Shown here: piece by piece, positions 35,010-47,508 of the stretch | Layout: each line of letters starts with the position of its first letter | How positions within the stretch are numbered: the first letter of the stretch is position 1 | Notes under the pieces: model-generated | What the model saw: only the letters and a program-made list of their open reading frames with translations | Databases searched by the model: none | Told to the model about the DNA's origin: nothing | DNA from: Lama guanicoe | Taxonomy: Eukaryota | Length of the DNA stretch: 64,000 nucleotides | Reading direction: 5' to 3' | Assembly: GCA_013239625.1 (NCBI GenBank) | Contig: MU054391.1 | Coordinates: forward strand, 4,297,824-4,361,823 | Translations under genes and position numbers: made by a program

Positions 35010-35170
35010 GTCACCCTTGATTTCTTTCTTTCTATGACACCCATAATCTAACCGTCAACAGTCCTCATGGCTCTACGAAACTTATCCAGAAGATGACCCA
35101 TCTGCCACCGCCACTGCTCCTGCTCTCACCTGAGTCCCTGTTATCTGGGTCCTGTCAGTGGCCTCCTGAT
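35010..35170 (+). mobile_element. L2 fragment (continues ~35930-36060)
   Basis: acacccataatcta...ccaccgccactgct...ggcctcctga; downstream part ggcttttgcacctgctgtt. Confidence 0.65.
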
Positions 35171-35171
35171 C

Positions 35172-35927
35172 ACATTTTTTATTGGGTTATTTTTTTTTCT
35201 GTTTTCTGATATTAAGCTGTATGAGCTGTCTCTGCATATTTTGGAAATTAATTGTTGGTAGCATCATTTGCAAACATTTTCTTCCCAGCCTGTAGGTTGT
35301 CTTTTTGCTTTGTTGATGGTTTCCTTTGCTGTGCAAAAGCTTTTAAATTTAATTAAGTCCCATTTGTTTATTTTGGTTTTTATTTCTATTACCCTAGGAG
35401 ACAGATCCAAAAAATTATTTCTGCCATTGATATCAAAGAGTGTTCTGCCTATGTTTTCCTCTAGGAGCTTAAACTATATGGTCTTACATTTAGGTCTTTA
35501 ATCCATTTTTAGTTTACTTTTTGTATTTGATGTTAGAGAGTGTTCTCATTTCATTCTTTTACATATGGTCCAGTTTTCCCAGCACCACTTATTGAAGAGA
35601 CTGTCTTTTCTCCATTGCGTATTCTTGCCTCCTTTGCTGGAGACTAATTGACCACAAGTGTGTGGGTTTATTTCTGGGCTCTCTATCCTGTTCCATTGAT
35701 TGATGTGTCTGTTTTTTTAACTCCCCTCAGTACCATGCTGTTTTGATTACTGTAGCTTTGCAGTATAGTCTGAAGTCAGGGAGCATGATTCCTCCAGTTC
35801 CATTCATCTTTCTCAAGATTGCTTTGGATGTTCTGGGTCTTCTATGTTTCTATACAAAATTAAAAAAAAAAGTTTGTTCTAGTTCTGTGAAAAATGCCTT
35901 TGGTAATTTGATTGTATTGAATCTGTA
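35172..35927 (-). mobile_element. Relatively young (L1MA/artiodactyl-type) L1 ORF2 internal fragment
   Basis: gtttcctttgctgtgcaaaagcttttaa; cagttttcccagcaccacttattgaagagactgtcttttctccattg; ttgattactgtagctttgcagtatagtctgaagtcaggga. Confidence 0.92.
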
Positions 35928-36759
35928 GCTCTCCTGGCTATTTCTTGAACATCTCAGGAGCATCCCTGACTCATGGCTTTTGCACCTGCTGTTTGCCACA
36001 GTCTCTTAGCAAGTGCGGCTCTCAGGCACCCGTCTCAGACCTTTTCTCCAACACTGTAGGTGGAGATGCTCTGTGTATTTATTTGTGTTGTTAGTTGGAG
36101 CCGTGGACCCTTCTCTCCCCGAAGAAATATGCACAGAAGTCTTGCATAGTTTCATAGACTTCAGGGACCCCTAGAAGCTGACTCATGTATCCCTAAAATT
36201 TCAAACTGCTGCAGTAAAGCTTTATAAATCATAACGGCATCCACGTGCACAGGAACACACACGGGTTTTCTGTGAGGTGGCCCGAAACCACGTCCAGAAG
36301 TGTACGGCTCTCTTTTTTCATAATGAAAGTCGTCAGGAAAAGTCTGATTCATTCTCCAGAAATGCTTCAGAGGCAACTTTTCTGAAATATCTGAATCAAC
36401 AGCAAACTCAATGATTTGGTAATGTTTCTCAGTATAAATCTGCCTTGTTTCCAAAGAAAAACTTTTTTTGCGGTATCTCTCTGCAGCTGAGCAAATGCTA
36501 AGACCACTGGGGAAACCTATTACCTGGCACTAATGGGGCTTGAGAAGGAAGCAAGCACTGTTACTAATACCCTCATTCTGGACTCGGAGATAAGAGCCCT
36601 TTCTCTGCTGAGCTTTGTTGTAAGTGAAATTTCTCATGCTGGCTGCAGATAAGATGTCCCCGGCTGTTGAAAGCATCCTGGGGCTTCCATCGAACCTGCT
36701 GTGAATGGAACGGTCTGTGCTGCAAACTGAGAACCTGTTGCTCACTTTCTTCCCCGACC

Positions 36760-37870
36760 GCCTCACCTCTGCTTTCCCCCCGACCCAGGCCCCAGCCCCA
36801 TGGTGATGATGACGCTCCTTCAGCCTCCAGCCCAGCACGGGGGTTGGGACCCTCGTGGTAAGGTTGTCCGCGTGGGGCCGGTAAGACGGAACTCGGTCCC
36901 CGCAGCCGTGCAGGAGGGTCTGGTGCCAGTCTCTGCGGGGCACCACGAGCTGGGCCTCACTGTGAAACAGGCGTGCCCATAGCCTGTGCCCTGAGGACAT
37001 CTCTTCTCCCGTTGTCCTGTGTTCGCTTTTCACGCCCTCGCCTACTCACTGTCAGACTGAGAACCTCAAGGTGAGAGTCCATCTCAACTATTGTACCCAC
37101 AGGACCTGCCTTCTGTGTAATAGTTTCTCAGTATTTGTTTATTGTAACCAGTTTATTAAACTCAGGAAGAGGACGAATACAGAAACTTTGACTTCCTTCT
37201 TCCGTCACTGCCGTCAAGCCCCCTCTGCTAGGTCTCAACTCTATGTCACTGTTTTAGATGATTGAGAATCCAAGTCAGCTATTTTAAAAGACGAGGCTAT
37301 CCAAACCACACCTTCTAGCAGACTGCTTTCTGCCTCTCTCTTGCCGGCCCGGGTGGCCCCGGGCCCTCTGCTCGCGGCTGTCTCAGCGCTGCTCCTTCGT
37401 GGATGTGCTGTGGGTTCTTCAGAGGCCGCCCAGGTCCCCCGTGAGTCCTGCCAGCCTGGGCTGATCCCAGGACATCCTCTGATCTGCCGTCTTCTGCCCT
37501 GAAGCCCCCGGGAGGCTGGGAGCTGCGCTCCAGTGGAGGGCTGGGTCCAGGAACCAAGCCGGCTCCAGCCGGCCAGCAGCAGGCAGCCTCTGCTTCCGGG
37601 GGTGACGGGCACCCCCTGCCGCACCCGGGCTGTGAGGCCAGGCCGCCCACTGCTCCCAGCAGGTCTGCCGTGTGTGGAGCTCCGCCCGGCTCACGCCTGC
37701 AGATTCTCCAGGCCTGACACAGAGGCCAGGCAGGCCTCATTCTCGCCACTGGGCGTCTGCACAGACGACACAATTCCTGTCTTTAAAGTGCTTAACTCCA
37801 CGGGAGCAGCAGCCCCTGTACGGGCCTCGTTTTCTCCAGGCGCGAGATTTCATCCTACCGAGCACACAGT
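36760..37870. other. GC/CpG-rich patches (36.76-37.05 kb and 37.33-37.87 kb)
   Basis: Locally high CpG; no recognisable coding content. Confidence 0.4.
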
Positions 37871-38194
37871 TAGAAATCTCCGTTCCTCTCCTACGTTTTG
37901 GGAGATTTTTATTAGCACAGCAGGAGCAAAGAGGCTTCTGCTTCGATCTCAGTCCACCCAGAAATCGCAGGCACCTTGGTCAGTGAGCTTTGACTGTCCT
38001 GATCACTCCAAGAGGCGGTGCTCACAGTGGTTAATCCTGTTACATTGTCAGACACTTGAGATTATTCACGTTTTATTGGAGGCTCAGAAAGGTGAAAGGT
38101 TTGCCTAATTTTACACAGGAAGAGAAAGAGTCAATTTCAGTCCCAAGCGGCCCTCTGTCATCTGGCTGGACAGGAAATGACACGTATAATTTTC

Positions 38195-38810
38195 TTCCGA
38201 TTTCATTTTGGCATCTATCCTTCTGCTCATATGCCTAATTGAATTTATTTATGTTTTCTATTTCTTTTGCTTAATTAGATCTGCCAGTGTTTCATACACT
38301 TTATAATTTTCTTTAAAGAAACAGTTCTTGATATTTATATATTTCATGTTTTTTCTAATTTATTACTGCCTGCTTTTGTCTTAAATGAACTACTTCGCTT
38401 TCTTTCTTAAAGTTGATATTGCTCTCTTACTAATCATGGGAGTTAAATGTTTTATTTATTATCACTATGGCTTAGTACAGATACTTAGGATTATAAATCT
38501 AACTTGGCATAAACTATGCACTTCCTCAACCACTCGTACATAATTCCCTCAATGCTATAATTTTAAATTAGTCTGTAATTATTTTTTTAATTCCCTCTTT
38601 GAATCAGGAGCTGTTTCAAGGGCTATTTCCATATTTTAAAATTTCTAAATAATTAAGACTTTTGTTTCCCCTTTTGTTATTAATGTTTTAATTTCCCCAT
38701 TTTGAATTATTTATTCTTATTCATCTTTTAGTTGACTAGGGTGTGCCTTTGGACTCCATTTTCTAAAAATAATTTCTGAGCAATTTACTTTCTAGACGTT
38801 TCTAACTCCT
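38195..38810 (-). mobile_element. Old L1ME fragment
   Basis: T-rich; ttcttttgcttaattagatctgccagtgtttc...tttctttaaagaaacagttcttg. Confidence 0.55.
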
Positions 38811-38824
38811 GCTATTCCTTTTGT

Positions 38825-39356
38825 ACGTCCTTCAGTTGGTTTTCTGTCGCTGGGTAAGACATTATCACAAAGATGGCGGCTTAACAACGAGAACCACTTG
38901 CCACCTCACAGGTCCTGCGGGTCAGGAGCCTGGGACCTCACCCAGGGCCTCAGGAGGCTTCAGTCAGGGGTCAGCCAGGCTGGGGGCTCATCAGAGGCCG
39001 AGGTCCTCTCCGCTCACAAGGCTGTTGCCACAGTGCGTTTCCTTACACCGGTGGAACATAGAGTGGCTTTCTTCTTTAAGGCCAGTGGGAAAAACTCTCC
39101 CGGAAGGGCTTAGCCCTCTTTTAATGGTCTTCACCTGGGTCCGACTGCTCAGATACTCCCTTTTGATTGACTCAAATTCCACTGACCTGGAAACTTAGTT
39201 ACATCTGCAAAATCCCTTCACCTTTGACATGCAGTCTAGTCATTGGATGACGTCCAATCATACGAACAACCTCCCCACACTCAAAGGGAGGGATTACCCT
39301 GAGTGTGTACCCCAGGGAGCAGGGATCTCAGGTCATCTTAGAATTCTGCCTTCTAT
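38825..39356 (-). mobile_element. MLT1E-type MaLR solo LTR
   Basis: ctcccttttgattgactcaaa...ttacatctgcaaaatcccttcaccttt...cccacactcaaagggagggatta...tcatcttagaattctgccttcta. Confidence 0.85.
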
Positions 39357-40351
39357 TTCCATTTTAATGTGTCATTTTAATATGGCAAAGACTTTGAATT
39401 AGTTTGAATTAGTCTTTTCCTTTGGTATTTTGATTCATTTTTATGGATTCCATAACATCTCCCTGAGTGTTGATGAGAATTCTGGGTCCTGACAAAGAGG
39501 CTATCTCTCTTTTGACCCTGGCTGGTTCCACTGTCTCTCAGGTCCTTCTGATTCCAGCCTGTACTTCCTCCACGGCTCTTACTCAAATATACTTTATGGT
39601 TTCATGTTTTCAAGTTTATCTATTTCCTGATAATCCTTGGTTATTGCTTATGAACTAGTCCCAGTTGCCTTTAGCAGCTGCTGTGGGCTTACCTATTTGG
39701 CCGCACACAAATAGGAGGCCCTTAGTAGTCATACAGGCAGACAGGCTGGCGTTCTCTATGCTTCTGTAAGCTCTATAAGTGTATCAGCATCAAATTCTGC
39801 CCCATGTGTGGACGTGTATTACGCAAGCACAGAACAGCATCACTGCCTGTGCTCCAAGCTTGATAGTCCCGGCTCTCAATTTTGTGCTCCACTGGTGCCT
39901 TGGTTAGAAGTTTATATGCAACAATAATAATTCAGACAGGCCTGAATGGGCACAAAAATTATAAATACATAGATAAATCTTTCCACAAGGAAACAGATGA
40001 CACAAAAGTTAAAATAACTCCTCTAAAGAATAGAAAAATTGGGAGAACTCTTCAACTCGTGTTATGAGGCCAGCATAACCTTAGTTCCTGACCTGGACAA
40101 GGATAGTGAAGAAAATTATAGACCAATTGCACCATTGAATAAGGATGCAAAAATCAGAAATACATCATATGAAAGGAATACAGTGATGCATAATAATGAT
40201 ACTACATGACTACCAAGCTAGCTTTATTCAGAATACAGGATCGGTTTTATACATGGAAATCAATTATTATAATCCATCATATTATCTAGGAGAAAAATCA
40301 CAATCATCTCCAAAGATACAGAAAAAAATTGATAAAATTTAGCAACCTCAC

Positions 40352-40447
40352 AAGAGAAATAGAGAAAAGGAAAAGAGACAGGAAAGGAGAGGGAAAAGAA
40401 AGAAAGAAAGTGGGGGAGGAAGGAGGAAGAAGGAAAGGAAAGAAAAA
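40352..40447. repeat. Purine-rich (GA) low-complexity tract
   Basis: aggaaaggagagggaaaagaaagaaagaaag...ggaagaaggaaaggaaagaaaaa. Confidence 0.8.
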
Positions 40448-40924
40448 CAAATAAAACACAAGTACACTTGAGCAGCCAAGGAGAGGCCTCGCTAGTGGTT
40501 ATGAGGGAAACATTAACAGTGAATGAACAGTGTGCTTATTGGTTACTGTTTGAGAGCCTGAAGGAAGATAAGGATGACTTTCTATTGCATTTTTTACCGG
40601 AGATCCTTTTCTAGGTCGAAAGAAGAAAAAAAGAAATTAAAATTACACTCTTTAGGAAAAAAATGCATTCAACCCCATTTTGCAGAAGCAAAACAACTCC
40701 TTACACAGGGAAGATGGACGAGTCTGCAGATCAAGTGTTAAAAGGGAGGAAGCCTAATGAGGTATTAGATGTAAAGGGGAAACATCAAGTCAATTTTATT
40801 TCTCTGTATCAGCAATCAGCAAGTAAAAAATAAAACTTGTAAAGAAAAGATACCATTCATAATAAAATAAAAAATAATACTTAAAAAGTAACAGAAAGTA
40901 TGAAGCATCAAAAAATCGTAAAGG

Positions 40925-41326
40925 CTGAAATATGCCAGAAAGAGAAGGAAAAATACCATATGATATCCTTTATATGTGGAATCTAAAAAAATAAAAATAA
41001 AAATAAAAGACACAAATGAACGTATTTACAAAAGAGAAACAGACTCACAGAACAAATTTATGGTTACCAGAGGGGAAAGGGGGTGGGAAGGGATAAACTG
41101 GCAGTTTGAGATTTGCACATACTAACTACTATATATAAAATAGATAAACAACAAGTTTATACTGTAAGCACAGGAAACTATATTCAATATCTTGTAGTAA
41201 CTTATGGTGAAAAAGAATGTGAAAATGAATATGTGTATGTTCATGTATGACTGAAACATTATGCTGTATGCCAGAAATTGACACAACATTGAAAACTGAC
41301 TATACTTCAATTTAAAAAAGTAAAGA
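40925..41326 (+). mobile_element. 5'-truncated young camelid/artiodactyl L1 (3' UTR only)
   Basis: aaataccatatgatatcctttatatgtggaatctaaaa; atggttaccagagggg; actatattcaatatcttgta; A-tail; degenerate TSD aaaatcgtaaag / gaaatcatagaag. Confidence 0.9.
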
Positions 41327-42847
41327 AGAAATCATAGAAGCATTTAAAAATTAAGATACAGTAAAGAAAATAATAAACATTAAATAATAGTAAACTAATA
41401 TTAAATAAAAAGATACAGTAAAAAAATTCTAATAGGGAGATATACCACCTTTATAGACTGGAACACCCCACATCACATGGAAGATCATAATTTTCCTCCA
41501 AAGAGCTGGAAATTCAGTGCAATCCCAACCGAAATTCAAACAGCATATTTTATGGAACTTGAAAAGCTGATCCTAATCTACGCATGACCACGCGACTGGC
41601 CAAGAACGGGCGAGGCATTTTTGAAGAAGAGCGAAGTGAAAAGATTTACTCTAACGGCTGTCACAATTTATTACACGTTGACAATAATTAAGCCAGGGTG
41701 GTATTTGGCACAAAGGACAGACAAAGGGCCGATGGGATAGGAAACACACCCAGAAGTAAACAGACGCCCACAGGGACACTCGTAGAGGTGAAACCACAGA
41801 GTAGAGGACAGAGAAGTGTTATTTCAACAAATAGCACCGGGGCCATTTATAACAATAAATGGAACATGACTTCATCTCCCACCATACATAAAATAAGTAG
41901 AGTAAACAGTAAAAACCAAAAAAAAAGCTTCTAGAAGGTGATCTGGGGTGATACCTTCCTGCCCTTGGGTAGGGAGTGCTCTCTTAACAGGAGCACAGTA
42001 GGTACCAGCCTTAAAAGAGAAAGATGAATTGACCTACATTAAAATTAAGATTTGATATTAACCGAAAGAAACCATAAAAGAGTTAAAAAGGAGCCACAAA
42101 TCCAGAGAAGACTTTGTTAAGTGTATCTAACATGAAAAGACTTGTATTCATCGTGCAGATTTGTAGACTCCTACAAACCTGTGAGAAGAGGGAAGACAGT
42201 GGCGTGAAAAGATGGTCAAGGGGCTGGTGGGTATGGCCGGTCCTACCTGCTCCTTGTAGTCTTTTGCGGGTACCCACTGATGGTGATTTTACACCTTCCG
42301 TTGCTTCCGGTTACCAGTCTGCCGTGCTCTGGAACCTTCTATCGTAGACCCTTCTAGTCATCCTATCTTAGCACCCTGGGTCCTATTGGAAGGCCTGCTA
42401 ACTCCTGGCAGATTTCTCCTCCTTCCCTTCTCACCTCCATCCCTGCAGGTTACTCTGTGAGAAGTTGTCCAGCTTTTGACCTGTGAGCAAAATTCCAGTT
42501 TTAAGAGTTACTAGCAAAAGTTTTTCTGTCTTGAAATGCTATTGTCTTGCTATAGAATTTAAAAGTCTGGTATGAAATTCAACGCTGAGCAAAGCTCCAG
42601 GTTCTAGTTGGTCTTTGTTGTCTGGGGAAGAATGCCAAGAATGTTTTGCTCTTGTGACAGAATGGCTGAGGGAAAATACAGGAAGTGATATTTCAAATCA
42701 CTGCAGTGCTTCATTTGTTTCATGGACTATATTCTATAAAATGCCATCAGCCGACTGTCCTTCCAAGCTGAACGATGGCAGAGTTTGCCCTGACTCTTGT
42801 CATCTGTGAGGTCCATAGGAGAAACGCAGCTGCAGAAGTTAGCAGAC

Positions 42848-43020
42848 ATGGTTTCAATCCTGGCTTGGCCCTTTCTGTGTGTATGGTGACTTACTAGACC
42901 CCTCTGATCTCAGCTGCTTCATCTCCAAAATGAAATTCACCCCAAAGCCCCTTGTGAGGACTGATGATCTAATGCACTGGGTGAAACTCCTGGTCCCTCC
43001 TGCACAGGGGACAGCGAGCA
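42848..43020 (+). mobile_element. MIR SINE
   Basis: ctctgatctcagctgcttcatctccaaaatg...ttgtgaggactgatgatctaatgca. Confidence 0.7.
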
Positions 43021-44266
43021 TGGGAGCGTGGACACCTCCCACAGGCAGCCCCCCAGCTGTTCCTGGTGTGCCCACCTTGAGGACTGACTTGATTGCATCC
43101 CAGCCAACTCTACAAAACATCAACAAATCATGGAGAGGTGCTGAAGATTTCAGACAGATTTTTTTTCTTTTTTAAATGAAGCTTAATATCACATGCCATA
43201 AAACTTCTATACCTCATCAGATGATTCTCCCCCTAAACTGCTTCCTAGTGGACAGAAGCTTCACGCACAAACCACGCCCTCCCATCCCTGCCTCCATACA
43301 GTGTTGGCCACATACCCCATGGATAGTCAGAAGAACGATTCAAAGTCTGAAAACGAGGCAAAGAGGTGGGCACCGTGACCTCTCAATGTCCTATGGGGGC
43401 AGCGGCCACCCAATAATTATCTAGAAAAATGTCCTGAGTTTCACTGTTTCTCATCAATGAAAGGCTTCAGACTTGTGACGCCACATTATACATATCAGCC
43501 TGCGAGTTATGTTAGTAATGTCTCTCTGCAGGAACGCATAACCTCAGTGGCTATGGCCCTGAGGGACACTCCCCACTTTTGTGCCCTGGCCTTGCCTGTG
43601 TCCAGCTTTACCTTCTTAAATACTCTTTGAGTTTGGTGTAACATCTTGTCGGTTCACCCAGTAACTAAAGGGTTAATGAAATCCTTGCCCTGTGCTAATT
43701 TGCTGTTTACTTGAGAATAGTGACTTTAACTTTTTGAAAATTGTATTTTAATGTCCTTTACTTACTGTAAGTTTTTTAAAAAAAAACTTGGAATTAGCCT
43801 TTCCACCTCCATTCCTAAAAAAGCAGTTCCTCAACCCATTATTGGTTTTTAAAAAATAGCCCTTACTGACTTCAGCTCTCTTTTGGGGGGTCTTCAAGAT
43901 TTCCAGAGTTAAGGGGGACCGTGACCATGATCTGAGCATGATCTGCCATTTCTCTGTCGTGTTTACGTGTCCTGAAGCACTAGAAGGCTTTCCGTTTCTC
44001 AGTTTCCTGTTCCCTGTTACCAGGCGGCCTTGGTAACTCAGAGGGCCACTCATTTCATGTTGGAGGTGGGTAAGCCCCACACTTGTCCATAAAGAGCTTC
44101 TCAAGGCAACTCAAGTCCTTGACCTCCATCTTATACGGATCCGACTCCTAGAAACAATGGGGATGTATCAGGGCCACATGAAACTGCCAGACCACAGTCG
44201 ATAGCCATGGCCAGAAGACCTAAAGCCAAGGAACACTTGGGTGTCCGTGGGAATTGCTCCACCATA

Positions 44267-44268
<2 letters not shown>

Positions 44269-44307
<39 letters not shown>
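44269..44307. repeat. (GT)19 microsatellite
   Basis: Read directly. Confidence 0.98.
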
Positions 44308-44309
<2 letters not shown>

Positions 44310-45294
44310 CTTTGTAACCTGGGGCTGGGGTAGAGGCAAAATGAGTTGTGTGTGTGTGGTTCAGTCTATTTCTTCAAACATTCTGAATGATAATTAGCTT
44401 TGATTTTTACATCTATTCATAATGATAGCAGAGGGCAATGCACAACAGAAAGGGGGTTGCAAGCTTCCCACTTAGCAATTAATTCTATTATTAAATGCTA
44501 AGAAAAAAATAAGTGCCTGCCAGCTGTAGCTTTATTATGTTTTCCCAGAAATAATAATGAGAAGGCTGCGGAAGTACATTATTTATTTCTCCTTTTCTCC
44601 CCACCCTTAAGAGAAGGAAAAAAAAAACCCACGGGTGGTTGCTTCTTCCATGTGAAAACAGAATTATTCTGCTATGAGAAGGTGGCTTGGACAGAACATA
44701 AAGAACGGGGTTCATCTCCAGTGAAAAGTGTCTTTGTTTTATTTTTATTTATTTATTTAAAAAATGGAGCATCCCCTTGAGGCCAGAATCCAGGCTAAGC
44801 AAGACGGAGACTGAAAAACAGGAATCCTTGGAGCTTCCTCTACAAGAGGTTACAGCCATGTACTCACCTGACTTAAACCAAAACAAGGCGAATGCCACAG
44901 CAGTGGAATATAACAGCGCCCTGGGAGCACAAAGAGCAGGCGGTTAGTTGGCAATGATGTCTGAATTCTGGTGGAGATGCTAATCGTCAGTCAAAACGCA
45001 GCTACTGAGTAACTCCTGCCAGCATCACGCCCAGCAGGTGGTAGGTTCTCAGTAAACCTGCACCCACCCTGAGGCTGAGGCAGCCTCCTGCCGCGGCCCT
45101 CGGCGCACGGCGGGCCTGAGAACCGGGCTGTGTCCCCGTTCACCTGTCGGCTTCACCGCACAGGGCAGAAATGGAGAGGTGCCATTAGTTCTGCAAAAGA
45201 GGAGCAAGGTCCAGCTCAGGATTGTGAATAATTTAGGCCAGACTCCAGGATTTGGATTAACGCTGTTTTGTTGTCTGGGACATGAATGGAAACT

Positions 45295-45510
45295 GGGACG
45301 TATGGGGAACAGTGTTGGACTTGGCGCTAAATGAAATCTGACGTCAGGTTTACCAGCTGTGTGACCGCGGGAGCATGGCCCACCTTTCTGAGCCTCAGCT
45401 TTGTTATCTATAAAATGGGTGTAATAATAACGCCTCTTTTACAGGAATATTATAAAAATTAAATAATATGTGGAAGAATGGCTGGCATATTCTGAGTCTT
45501 CAACAACGAC
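45295..45510 (+). mobile_element. MIR SINE
   Basis: ttaccagctgtgtgacc...ctgagcctcagctttgttatctataaaatgggtgtaataata. Confidence 0.8.
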
Positions 45511-46099
45511 TTTTTATTTTTTGAAGCCTCGTGTTGCTGTTGTGCTTTAAAACTCAAATTCGTGGTGAATGAAACTCCACTTTTCCATCCGCCATCCTTC
45601 TTAACTGTGAGATGAGTTCTGTGGGTGCTGCAAAAAAAAAAAAAAAAAAGTTGTCTTCAGGGAAGAAATCCAGGCTTCACAACTGAACTCCCCTGATTGA
45701 AAGCATTTCCTCCTCCGGTTCACCCGATTCAGTGCCAGTCATGAGAGTTCGTAACTGAGTTAAAAACATCTAATTCTCTCTGATTCCAGGTCAGCCCCTG
45801 GGGGTGGAGACCTCCATGTCCCCGCATGACGCGTGAGTGTCACTGTCACTGTTTAAGCAGTTTTCTCTAAACTGGGGCTTACAAGCCGGTCACTCCTGGG
45901 CAAAAACTTGTCCTGAAGATTTTGTCTGGCAGGTGCAGCAATTGTTCTCAATTAAACATGACTTTCCTTGTGTGTCGAGTGGTATGCGCTCTTCATTTTG
46001 CCCCAGGCTTCTCACCTGCTATGGGTCAGCAAGGGTTGATTCGCATAAGATGTCACAGGCTGGCTCCTGTAGACCATCCGAGATCGTGACCAGGAGTTT

Positions 46100-46470
46100 A
46101 CTCTATGTCATCTAGCCTGAGTAATACGGCAGCCTGCCCCTGTGGGTTTGGGAGCAAAGACAATAGTTTCCAAACTAATCTCCTTGCCCCAAGTCTCCCT
46201 CCCTTGGATGCCTCCTTCCCGCTGAAAGTGACTGATCCTTTAGAAACGCACGTGCTGATGATGTGGCTTCTCTGCTTGAAGTCCTTTGTGAGTTTTGCAT
46301 CATCCACAGCTTTAGGCTCTCCATCCCCCTTCATGTCCTTTTATTCTGTGCTTCAGCCACACTGCACTATTTTCCGTTTCCAAGTATGCCCTCAACATTC
46401 GTAACTGCATTCTTTCACAAATACTCTTTCCTCTGCTTGGAACGCCCTGCTCAGACTTTTCCAATTAACA
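46100..46470 (+). mobile_element. L2 fragment
   Basis: aatagtttccaaactaatctccttgcc...ctctgcttgaagtccttt...tcctctgcttggaacgccct. Confidence 0.7.
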
Positions 46471-47124
46471 ATGACTTCACCAAGTTATGAGCCCCCAAAT
46501 TATCAAACCCCATTTTCAAACGAAGAAGTCGTGGAAGAAGAATCTTCGGACTTAAATCTTTTAAGGGATTTCTAAAACAGACAAATGTTCTGTGTTTCCC
46601 GACGTCTCAGCTTCATCTCTTCCAACAGAGGGTATAAAGATATAGGTGTGAAGGAGAAGAAGGGTGACTGGAATGGAACTGTAAACAAAATGAAACTCAA
46701 AAAGAAAAGACAAATGTGTTGAGACTTACTTCGGGGCTAGGTGATGTTCTTTGGTTTTTGTTCTCAGTGGAATATTGTACAATTAGATGCCGTGCCAATT
46801 TATTTCCCAAACAGAGCTCTGGGGAAAAAAATACTATAGAGTACAATTGACCAAATTAGCATTTTATGATCACTTCCCAGAGTGATGAAAGTTATGCTGT
46901 ATGGTTTCCTGGAATAAACTAAAAAGTGTTTATTGAGTTTTAAGATTTATGTTTCAAAATAACTTTGAATTCATGGACAAGTTGGGAAATACAAAGTTTT
47001 GTACAGGCAGGAAAAATTCTTTCAATTAATCAACAGTAAGAGTAACTGGAAGGGGATTTCTCAAACTTTTAATGAATTAAAAAAAATCTAGATAAACTCA
47101 ACACAACGCACTCAAAACGGTTGG

Positions 47125-47330
47125 TTAACTGCAGTGGTAACCTAGTCATATTTACCCAAATACAGATTCCAATTCTACTGCTTACTGAGTAATTTCTCAT
47201 AACTCTTTGAGCTTCAGCTTGCTGATTTGCAAAAGGAAATAAATAGGTTACTAATAGCTTTTTATGAAGATTTAAAGAGTTGACCTATGCAAAGCACCTG
47301 GCAGACAGTAATATATCGTAGGGAACCGAA
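47125..47330 (+). mobile_element. MIR SINE
   Basis: aactctttgagcttcagcttgctgatttgcaaaag...tatgcaaagcacctggcagacagtaa. Confidence 0.65.
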
Positions 47331-47461
47331 AACTGCTACTTCATCTCTTATTTATCTTTCTTTTCTTTACCTCTTTTCTTTACTTCTGTAATCCCATTGC
47401 CAGAAGAAGTAAATAATGATTTCATCAGTCTCCTCTGAAAGTCAATTTAGTCTTCACGTAC

Positions 47462-47463
<2 letters not shown>

Positions 47464-47505
<42 letters not shown>
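47464..47505. repeat. (AC)21 microsatellite
   Basis: Read directly. Confidence 0.98.

Positions 47506-47508
<3 letters not shown>

Larger units (their letters stand above)
39920..42215 (+). mobile_element. Old L1M ORF2 remnants interrupted by a purine tract and a younger L1
   Basis: ttatgaggccagcataacctt; aattcagtgcaatccca; tttatggaacttgaaaagctgatcct; gtggtatttggcacaaaggacagacaaa; tgacctacattaaaattaa. Confidence 0.8.

Noticed and set aside
37533..38108. 191-aa ORF
   Set aside because: Non-ATG start in a GC-rich patch, running into MIR-like sequence; no recognisable protein.
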